A stretch of 64,000 nucleotides of DNA. Source: Vermamoeba vermiformis. Its lineage: Eukaryota. How positions within the stretch are numbered: the stretch's first letter is position 1; the number at the start of each line of letters is the position of its first letter. The notes beneath the pieces were generated by a model. That model worked only from the letters and a program-made list of their open reading frames with translations, did not search any database and had not been told where the DNA came from. Positions 26,294 through 37,103 of this stretch are shown here, one piece after another. Position numbers and translations under genes: made by a program. The stretch covers positions 186,001 to 250,000 of the forward strand of contig JBEWZL010000126.1 of NCBI GenBank assembly GCA_045837725.1, written 5' to 3'.

Positions 26294-26725
26294 AGTGGTG
26301 TTAATGAATCATAATAGCTCTGCTGATTTTTAATTGTGGTGTCAAATCCTGTTTGCAAAATCCAACGAGAACGACGTGAGCGTTAATAATCCTAATAATT
26401 CTCTATCATACAAAAATAATATACAGTCTCGAATAAATAATATTACAAGTTATTCGTGTTGCTCGTTGCGTAAATTGTTATTGAAATAACTTTGACGTTT
26501 GATTGATTTTTGAAATCAGCCGGAAAGGACTATATTAAGGCAAATACAATAGACATATAGAATTAATATGCAGGTATGGATATACCGTACCTGAATTATC
26601 AGTTGCAAGTTCGAAAATTTTGGATCACGCCGAAAGGTCCGTAGACTTTTCAGTCCCGATTGCAAAAAATTTGAAGCTTGCAAATTCAATTTAATCCAAC
26701 ATATTTTTGAATGAATTAACATATA

Positions 26726-29700
26726 ATGAGTAATACCAAGTGCTCGCGGTGTTTGGCTGAGTTCGATCTCGGTCACATGCCGCAGGGCAAGCCGTATCGA
26801 TTAGGATGCAAGCACAAATTCTGTGAAGGCTGTTTCGAAGAAATATTATCAGAAATTAAAGACGAATATTTATGGTGCCCTCTGTGCAGGTCAGTTTAAT
26901 TTTGAAAATAGAATTCAAGGCGGATCTAGTCATTATCTGCCAATAAAAATTTTCCAAATTATTATTTAATATTCCTTTCGACTTAGTATTATCAGTATTT
27001 ATCATATTTGTGTTAATAGAAAATTTCCATACCGATAAATTAATTAAACTAATTGTGGCGGCATCCGGTCCTATTAACACCGCTATTGCCAATATAGCAT
27101 ATTTATATTATTACATTTCTATTTGTTGCTAATTCAATTCAATTCGCAGATTTAAAGTAAGCATTAATGAGCTGCGGGAGAGTGATCCGCACATGTTCAC
27201 GAGCGTCCCGAAGAACGTACCTCCGAGTTCAGCCAATGGTAGCATGAATTTCCTGAACACTTCTCAAGCGAGCGTAAGTGCCTTAAAATATGAAACCATT
27301 TTCAATCCACGAGCGTAAATGAAATTCGATCTGATTTCCTTTTATGGACTCGATATCTTCGTGTTAGTGCTTTAGTATTATGGATCAATTTTTTTATTAG
27401 TATTTAGTGCATATTCAATTAATTTTAATTGGAATCAAGATTGAAGCATCGAGTTACAACTCTTCCAAGTCGATCGGCCCAGGCTCGTTCACACCGGATC
27501 CAAATGTGCTTAGCAAATCACCACGACATACACCAATAGACAACCCTCAATATTATACTTCGCCTAATCTCAAATCATCGCGTAAGAATAGTGGTGGGAA
27601 CAAACACATAATTCCGAGCAGCAACTACATGAGCACGGAGAATTATTTGTCGAAATCTCCGAGGAAATCTGGAGGTATGGGCCATGTGAGGAAGGCGAGT
27701 ACAGCTAGCAGCACGGGCTATATCACTACTGAAGCTTATAGCTCGTCAACATCGGCTCGTACTTCGAACAGCTTGCGTGACTCAACCGGTGGAAAGTACA
27801 ATGTTGTTGACGAAGAGACGCCGCTGTTTGCAAACGGTAAGTCACCTCATTCATACTATAGCAAGTAGTCGGTACCTATATATGTATAATCATTATGTGA
27901 TACCAATATGAATTATGCTTACCTTGAATATGACGCAGACAACAACAAGTGGACGATGATTTCAGACTCGGATTACTTGGCGCGTGTTACTGAGCCAAGA
28001 CCAAACGTATTAATTAGCGTAATATTATCGCTATTATTAGTCGGTAAGTATTGTAATAATAATATTGCTATTGATTGTCAAGGGTTGGATCTGATCGAGT
28101 TTTTTTTCAATAGGAATGTTGCCGGCGTTAAACTTGTTTAGATTTTACATTGTAGATAATCGCTTCAGACACCCATTAGCAGTAGGAATGTTAACCTTTG
28201 CAACAATTTTCATCGGATCCAGCTTTTATTTCTTGATGCGACAAAGACGAGTCCAAAAGCGAGAAAAAAAGCGAAGGAAAAGACAACAACAACAACAGCG
28301 ACAAAATAATTATGGGACTGGCGCACCGATCCTTAACATCAACGAATCGGTCAATGAATTGTTTCAAAACAGAAGTCACGGCATTAATAATACCAGCGAG
28401 CCTCAAAGCGCGAATAATATCAATGGCCTGTCGTCGAAACAACATCACAACGAGCCTTCAGATTTCTTCAAAAACTTTCAACGCATTGCTTTTATCTTCT
28501 TGACTTGTCTGATTATGATCTTATTCTTCATTGTCTCTTGGTTTAGCGCAGGTACGGATCCTCCAACGACGAAAAATTATGAAATTTTTAATAATAACTC
28601 TCAAACACCTTACGTTATATTTAAATATTATGAAAATATTATAGTAGCGAGTTTTCGATTGACGTAAAAGATCTCAAAGTCACTAATTGATTATTTTTTT
28701 CCAAGCGTGGAATATTTGCGGTGTACCCGCAGCACCTATGGCCAATGTCACAATCTCGCCGACAGATACAAAATACGGAGCTCACATCGAGATCGAAGCG
28801 GCAGCAGAATCAAACGAGAATTTGTGTGCTATCATCTTCGGATCCAACACTGTTGTGCTATTTATCGTTAGTTTAATGTGGAAGCGAGAGCGCGGAAATA
28901 TTTTAACTTTGCTGGCCTGCGTGTTGATGGCACTCTCGGTCAGTTTGTTGTTCTGGGAAGAACCGTTCAAATTCGAAGTCAAGTTCAACTTCAAGGTACA
29001 TTAGATTAGCACATGAATAATCATATTATAAGAATATTACAGTCTTTAAACAATATTATGCATTTGAAATTATTTTGCGGAAATTTTTAATTGAGATCTA
29101 GATCCGTTTTGAAGTGGCAAGTTCGAGACCGTGTATGACTTACTAATTATTATTTCAATAGGTGATCTATTTAATATTGATGGTAACGGAGCCTATTCTC
29201 TTTGGCGTATACTTCTTCGTATTACGAAAAGCTACATTGCTCAACAACGGCAGCGCAAAGGTGTTGCTCGTGCAAAGTTTTTTCGGCCTGATTTGTCTAG
29301 GAGCATTATCGATAGTCTTTGAAGGCAAACAACCATGGTACGTATATGGATATATATAATATAATGCGAGGTATTGAGTCTTGGGTGCTGATTATTTCCT
29401 TTTTAGGGAAAATCTTCATGAAGGAGGTCTACCGTTGGTCTGCGAGTTGATTGTGTTCGTGTTGTTCCTTGCAGCTGCAGTGTATTTTATTCCGCTTATT
29501 TGTAGCTATAGTGATGCAATTACTACTGGTACATACTTTCCACCAAAAGAAGTAGATCGAGCGATCCAAAAATTTTTGTCCCATAGAGCAAAATTTGTTT
29601 ATATTTTGAATATAATGAAAATCTAATATAACGATGTGTTATTTTAGGCTTCTTCTTCCAAATTGGCTGGATCCTGTCAGATCACCAGTTCTTATACCCG

Positions 29701-29941
29701 TTCGTTATCTACCAAACAGTGCAATGGTCCGCGCCAATCATCGTATGCGTCGTAGGCATGGTCTTATCGCTTGCATACATGACGTATCGCATATTCACTA
29801 TCCCTGCCAAATGGCAGCAGTACCACTTAGAAAACAAAAAATTGGCTGAAGACGTAAGTTGACACGTGTCAAAGTTTGTTAATGATCCAATATTAATTAA
29901 TTGTCATAAAATAGGAGGAAGATAGTGACTTGGAAATTTAA
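26726..29941 (+). CDS. RING-HC finger fused via a Ser-rich linker to a multi-pass membrane domain (DMT/SLC35-like)
   Basis: Exon 1, absent from the ORF track: 'CSRC...CKHKFCEGC...CPLC'. It splices in frame to an exon at 27150, followed by a Ser-rich exon and about 9-10 hydrophobic segments ('RFRHPLAVGMLTFATIFIG', 'LFIVSLMWKRER'); acidic end 'EEDSDLEI'. Confidence 0.65.
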
Positions 29942-30123
29942 AGCGAATCAATCTCGGAGGAAATTTCATGGTTCAGTGAAGAAAAGGCAGGTTGAATTAC
30001 GCGCGAAAACCACGAATGAGCGATTGCGTGGCTTGCCTTATTTGGTCCTCGAAATAGCAATGTCGGAAGTAAGTCAGTTCTAGTTGCATGACGCACAGTT
30101 TATTGTACAATAAAATGACTATT

Positions 30124-31185
30124 TTACCTGAAGCGAGTTTTGATTGCAATTGCCGCCAAGACTTTTGGTGCGACTGATTTGTTACTTTGCAACTTTTTAG
30201 CCCACGAATTACACAGCATGGCGACTAACTCTTCACGCGTCCTGTCGAAAGAAGCGGTACCCCTAAAACTTTTTTATTAGCCATTTATAGAAATATTAAG
30301 GTCGCACTTACGACGCAAAGTCAATTAAAATGACTTTTGGTCCGAAATTTCCATTTGCAGTGGTAATTGTTTTCGACGCATCCACGATGAAATTATTGAT
30401 ATTTGCATCGCTGTAATAGATCCCGATAGACTTTACAAAATCAATTCCGTTCTCTATCTGTTGCACTATGGCATGAACTTCGGTCACTGTTTTTGGGCAA
30501 TAATCACCAATGGTGGTCAGTGGACCGACTTCAAGGTACAGCGCCATATTTTCATCATTGCATCCAATTAGACGAACAAAAAGGTCTTTATGCGCTTCAT
30601 CAAGGTGCTTTTGGATCAATTCGTAGTTGAATTTTTCTTTGCAATAGGAGGTGCGCAAGTTATGGTACTTCGCCAGCGTTAAATGCTGCGTGCCTTGTAC
30701 TTCAATTATTTCAAGGCACAACGTGCTCTGGTTGGCCTTGTGATTCATTCGAGCAACGCATTTGTCTACTGAAGACAATGCAGCTTTACCAAAAGTTAGT
30801 AGATCTCAAAGTTAGCGTTGAACACCTTACCTGTCCCTTTTTGTGAATCAATATCCGTGCATTTCAAAAAGGGTTCGGAAGCGATTGTTTTCCAACGTTT
30901 CGACACCTTATTCCAGTATTAGTTAATAATTTGCAGTAACCGCACTAGGGACGCAGGACCCATTATCAACTTTTTTCTTGTGTAAGGGTTAAAAAAATAT
31001 CATAGGTCAGGTAGACGGATACCTTCCCGTTTATAATATTTTAGGGTTGAAAAATTTTGTTTTTTTGCTTCTAGGTCCGGATTTACCTGAAAAAGCAAGA
31101 TTCTGTGACTCAAGGTCAAGTTACTGAATATTTTCTGCCAAAGAATGTCATTTAGGTGGATTTCATACACTGAGGTAGCCTCCAT
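30124..31185 (-). CDS. F-box-like domain fused to a degenerate protein-kinase-like domain (end approximate)
   Basis: 'LNDILWQKIFSNLTLSHRILLFQV/SKRWKTIA' followed by 'GIDFVKSIGIYYSDANINNFIV...VILIDFA', equivalent to the catalytic loop and DFG. Confidence 0.55.
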
Positions 31186-31441
31186 TGCGAAGCTAACATT
31201 ATGGAACAAAAGGGAAATTCCTGTCGCATTTTTTTTCGAAAGCAACGATGAGCATACAGCGTTGTAGATGACATTATTCAATTATGGTTGATTATTTAAA
31301 GTCATACCGGCACATACAGGCCCTTTAGTTAAATTAGGAATTTTGGACGCGAATCGTGTCCAAATCAATTTTCGGGCGTTAAACAATGTAATTATCCATG
31401 TCAACGGTAGAACACATAATTATTTATTTATAAACACAAGT

Positions 31442-34173
31442 ATGAGCTTACCAAAGCTACATGTTCGAAACATATTCGAGCTATTTATTCCTGTAAGTGG
31501 ATTTGCTCAGATAAACGTTGCATTATCGACTACGCCGAGTTTTGGAGTTACTATAACGCAACCTAACGTACCAAATTTTAATTATCACTACCAAATACAA
31601 ATATACGAGAGAGAAGACGAAGAAGATTTTGTTTCGGTCACATCGGACCACGAAGTATTTGCCTGGGGCAAACGCAACCCTTATACGATTAAACGAAACC
31701 ATATTAACAACGAACTCGAGGGAATAATATTAAAAATCAAAATTAACCACGGCATATTTACATTTCGGAAGATCAAAAAAAGAACCGTCAGATTTCAAGT
31801 CAATTGTTTCAACTCTGCGCAATTTATTCAACGAGGATTATCCCAAGTATGTGAGCTTAATCCTAAGAAACGCGGCGTTGAAGACAGCGACGGTGATGAC
31901 GGTAAGAAATTAAATCACCACATGATTGACATGGCAAACTCGTAAATTTAATATTTTCTAGCTATTTGATAAGGTCTTAAGATACCTTTTATTTATATTT
32001 GACTTATTTTCGTTTTTTCGGTTGTGCCCGAAATAGATCGTTAAGTTAATTAATTTGTAGGTGTTACAATCCCTATCGTATGGCTTAATAACGATAGTGT
32101 TCAATCTTCTCCCTCTATTTACGACTCTCCAAGCTACCACAGTTCGGACCAACACTTTTTAAGCAACGATAGTCCCGACCGACTGGATTCGCCTTACGAA
32201 GAAAAATTCCAGCCAGATTTAAATTCTAGCATACACATTATGGATAGCTCTGATATGGACACGAGCGCGGACGATTCATCGTTCGGTAACAGCCACCAAA
32301 TCGTTCCGATGCAGTAAGTCGCTCGATCTGCTTACATTACAGTTGTTAATCAATGGCAGTAGTTATAGACAAGAAGGTCAATATGATCAACAAGTCGCTA
32401 GTCCGCAAGAAGAGCAATACATGGTGCTGTACAACGGCAACGCAGAAGTGATCGGAAACTTCCGAGCATTGAACTTTTACAAAGCATCGGACATCAATTT
32501 GAAAGAAGACATCCGCTTGCTGCAAGACGGTAAGTCACAATAACAATAGCAATCGCATCGTGCTTCTCAAACAAATGACACTTTTGACACGTGTCAACGA
32601 TAATTTTTGTAGCGGTCACTTTTGGCCCGTTTGTCAAGATTGCGAAACCTTACACAGAGTTAATTTTGATATTTTTAGATTATGACTGCCGAGAGTCACT
32701 GCTGAAGATCGATGGCGTTGAATATAAATTCAAAGATCACGTGAACCATGCCACGAATAAGCGGTTCGTCGGGTACATTGCACAACAAATTGGCAGTGTC
32801 ATACCTAATGCTGTACAGTTAATCGATGGTAAGTGTCACGTGACTGCCAATGACATTATTATTGTGCTAATGCAACTCGGTTCTAGGAATTCTTCACGTC
32901 GACTATGAGTCGCTAATACCGTACCTCAGCGAAGCAATGAAACAGAATTATCAAGACATAAAAGACCTCAAGTCTGAAACTGAACGCATAACCAAGATCA
33001 TGGACCTTATGTACACCGAATTCACGCAAAAAGAACAGCGAAGAAAAGATAAAAAGAAGCGCCGTGAAACTTTTGACAGAGGACCAATCAGCCAAGCCTA
33101 CAACGCGAGTAGAATTCGATATCGAGTCAGGCGACATCGATAAGCGTCAGTTCTCGATGGGTAGCGGAATATTTTCACGGAAAAAATGGCTGATTTCAAT
33201 TCTGGTTGCTGTCGCAGTCGTCATAAGTGTCGTGGTCACAGTGGTCGCCGTTCGCTTGTCTAAACCAAAACAAGAAGGCAATGTCGATGTTGTTCCGCCC
33301 GGCGACGATCCATTGGTCCGTGAAGCTTTGCGAGAATTCTATCGCGCGACTAAAGGAGGCTCGTGGAAGTTTTCCCAAGGCTGGATGCAAAGTAATTTGA
33401 CGTACTGCAAGTGGCGAGCAATCACGTGCAACGATCAATCGGAGATTATCGGAATTTATCTCTCAGGCAACAATCTCCAAGGATATATTCCGCAGTCCAT
33501 CCAATCGATCAAAACGTTGCAAAGTTTGATCTTGTCGGACAATTCCATTTCAGGAAAAGTTCCGTCAACGATCGCAGCTTTACCGAATTTGACCGAATTG
33601 GACCTCTCGCGGAATTACTTTGACCCATGGAGCCTTCCCGAAGAATTTGCGCAATTAACCAAGCTGAAGAAATTGTTCTTGGATTCGACGCGGCTGATCG
33701 GATCAGTTCCGCAATGGCTGAACACTTTGAAAGAGCTAAGAATACTTCATATGGCTGACAATAAGCTTCATGGAACACTTTCGAAGTTTTCAAGCGCTCT
33801 TCGTGAAGTAGATCTGACTTCAAATCAGCTCAGCGGATCCGTTCCGAGATTTTTTGGCAACACTACGCAGCTGAATATGCTTAAATTAGGATCAAATAGA
33901 TTTATTGGTCAATTAACGAATTTACAATCGGTCGCTTGGGTCGATCTGCTCGATCTAAGCAACAACCAACTCGAAGGTGAAATTGCAGTGGCTGGCAATG
34001 GTGTTCTCGATTCAGTGACCGCTCTGGATTTAGAAAATAACCTTTTCGACTCGTTGACGTATCAAGCTGGATCTGTCCCAAGAAAACTAACGTACTGTAA
34101 AGCTGGCGGCAACAGATTCAGATGTCCGATCGCGAACTGGTTGAAGAACAGTTGTGGCGCCTCTTGTACATAG
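31442..34173 (+). CDS. MYRF/MrfA-like protein copy B: putative DBD - linker - peptidase S74 (ICA) - coiled coil - TM - LRR ectodomain
   Basis: Exons about 31442-31901, 32061-32313, 32369-32529, 32679-32828, 32887-34173. Motifs 'FYKA-SDINLKEDI', 'GYIAQQIGSVIPNAV', 'LHVDYESLIPYLSEAMKQ', TM 'WLISILVAVAVVISVVVTVVAV', LRRNT 'ALREFYRAT.G.SW....W....YCKWRAITC', about 9 LRRs and a Cys cap. +1 break near 33050. Confidence 0.85.
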
Positions 34174-34339
34174 ATTTAAGTGCTAAACGATATAATTGTA
34201 GATTACGTTAATCGCCTCCTGATCACTAATCAAGAGCTCTTACATAGAACGTTAAATCCGAAGCAAAAAAATTCATTGCTGTATGAGCGCACAAAATTAC
34301 GATTTCTCTTAAAGGAGTTACAAAGTAGTTTTTTCAGTA

Positions 34340-36953
34340 ATGGAGAATACGCCACACGATATCTTGCGGCTCATTGCTAGCTTCAGCGATGCTCTACAAA
34401 TTTCGAGTATGGCCAGAGTTTGTACTAGTTGGAAGTGGATTAATAATGACGATAGCATTTGGTTAGTAAGTATTTTGAGCATTGCTAGCAGCTAATTATT
34501 TTAATCGCTAGCTCCTAAAGTTAGAATTTAAATTCAATTTAATTATTGTTATTTTAATTCAGCAGCTTGAAACGTAGGTTCCAAATAGAAGTAATCGTGC
34601 ATCGTTTAGAAGGCTAACATAATTTTTTAGGCTTGTTCCAAACGATTGCGACCTTACGACTTTGATAGCCGATTGCACTCACAACATCCAAAACAAGACG
34701 TTCAAGGATTAATTCAACGAAAAAAAGCAGTTTATTCCAAGAGGTATGAAGTCGTCCTAGAGCAACTGACTCAAAAAATTTAAATTGGATCGTTAACGCC
34801 ATCCGATTTGTAACGAAAACTTCGCTCTTGCTTTACTAATCTTGATACTCATTCAGATTAATATGCAAAAATTTACACGATTTCTTCCTTAATAATAATT
34901 GGATCGAAGACAAGTGCATTTCCAATCACAAAACGCTGTACTATCTGCCGTACGAGATCAAAGACAAGTAAGTACTCGCTGGTAATTAAATAATCATTAC
35001 TAATCGTATTAACCTTTCTCAGCGACTCTGATTATCGAAGCAGCACGTATTATGAAGCAACGGTTGATGTAAAGAAAGAAAATGTGCAGATCTATAACAA
35101 AGTTGGTTGGGTACGTCTCTCAGGACAATAATAATGATTGAAACAATACAAATTTCATTTTTGAAATTTTCTAACCTCTCCTTTAGCATGGCACTTACAA
35201 AAATCCTATGGTGTACTTAACGGAAGAATTTGCAGTCTTGCATCAATTTGAGGTGACTTTAATCCATTGGGCATATTGTTATGAGCTAACAAATTGTAAT
35301 TGAATAGGAAGGCCAGTCCAAGTGGTTGAAAGTGCCGATTGAGAGGTACTTGGCCAACATGAATGCTGGCAATGACAATTCAGGCTATGAAGAGGAGCTC
35401 AGAAATGCACCTGATTCTGACCGTTCTGGTAAAAAAACAATCTTTGATTGAAATTAGTGATTGATTTTCTCTGTGAAGCAATTTACAGAACTCTTTGGAC
35501 TAACGCTGAAGGAACGTTGCCTTATTTGGCATTTGGAAATGATGGCATTGACTGGTACATTCAAGACTTGGGATAAAGTATAGTAGTACTGACTTTTAAC
35601 TTTGAAGTGTGCAAAATATGACTGATTGGTCAGTTGTGGTTCGTGAAGATAAACTTCCCAAAAAGATAGTTGCATTTTACAAGGACACTTTTGTGATAGT
35701 AAGACTTTCTGCAAATAGAATTGGTAATTGACCTATAATTAGATGACACCCACTCAAATCCAGTTCATGGATGCAAAAACATCTGCAAGTGACACGTTTT
35801 CTTGATAAAGTTGAAGACCCTAATTATGATGACATGCACTATACTTGGCTCATTGTCAAATATGATAAAGTAAGTCAATACATTTGTTGTTACTGAGCTA
35901 ATTGCTTTTTTCAAGATTTTTGCAGCTGTTGCCAGAGGTGACAATAAGATGCATCATGTTGCAGTTCATGATTGGAACACTGGTGGTAGACTTGAAAAAT
36001 ACAAAATCAATCCTAAAGTTGCTGCTGTAAGACCAAATCAGAATTTATCAGCTTGATGCTAATTTTTGGTTAGTGGGATAGATTTGAGATTGATGGCACC
36101 ATGATGTATGGAGTTGCACACTTTGCACAAAGTCCTATTTACAATGAAATATTTTTCTACGACATGGAGCACAGAAAAGTGGTTCATAAAATGAGATTTT
36201 GGGGACAGAACAATGTGAGCATTAAACTGGTAAGCTTACTAGACTGCCTTCATTACAAAGAAATCTCAATTTATCTTTGCAGCATGACAATGACTTGGTT
36301 GTTGCCACAACAAAAAGTCTTATCAAAGTCATATTAGACTATGAAGCCCTTCAGAAAGCCATTCAAATAGCAATTGTTCCAGCTGATTTGACAGCAAACC
36401 CTGTAAGTGAGATGTTGGGCTACAAACTTTGCAGAAATTTATTCTTTGCTTTATCAGGTGGTTATAAGAAGAGTGAAGGCTTGCAATTTATTAGATGTTG
36501 CACTAGAGTTGGGACTTCCAGTTGCAACAGCGACTAAACCATTTGCAATGAAGTATTCATATCACTCTAAAGACTACAGGTAAAAGAATATTCTTTATTA
36601 TTTTATTTCAGCATGAATAACGGCATAATATTTGCAGAGTTGTGTTATTCCATGATGGCAATAATGACAACAGAAATCCATTGGCAGGAAAGAGTACAAA
36701 TTGCAAAGTCGTTCACGATCATTACACTTATTTGCCATACCATCCTTATGCCAATGAGGGTCAAAATATTTACCTAAGCAATCCATATTTCTCAACTTAT
36801 TATGGTGTGAATGGTACTGCAATTATTTTTGGTGAAGAATGGAACAGTGAAAAAGGGCAATATGAACTTGCTGATTTCAATGTTGAACGAGATGCAGAGA
36901 CTACAAAATTCTTCGTCAATCTCTCACCTGATCTTAAAATTATTTATGAATAG
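34340..36953 (+). CDS. F-box protein with beta-rich C-terminal domain, many short exons
   Basis: Exon 1 'MENTPHDILRLIASFSDALQISSMARVCTSWKWINNDDSIW' is a classic F-box. A series of GT-AG introns leads to the terminal ORF 36642-36953. Confidence 0.65.
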
Positions 36954-37103
36954 TTGGGTAAGCTTCGTTGATTTAGATCCGTTAGTTACAAATTTCTTTC
37001 CCATTGTATGAAATAAAATATAGACTAGAATATTGATACTATACTATTATAAAGCAAAGCTTGGTTACTTATGGAAGCGGTAATAATACCGTTTGCTATC
37101 AAG

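Noticed and set aside
26745-26800. tRNA-like GTTCGATC T-loop motif
   Set aside because: It lies in the RING-coding exon (AEFDL) and no cloverleaf can be folded.
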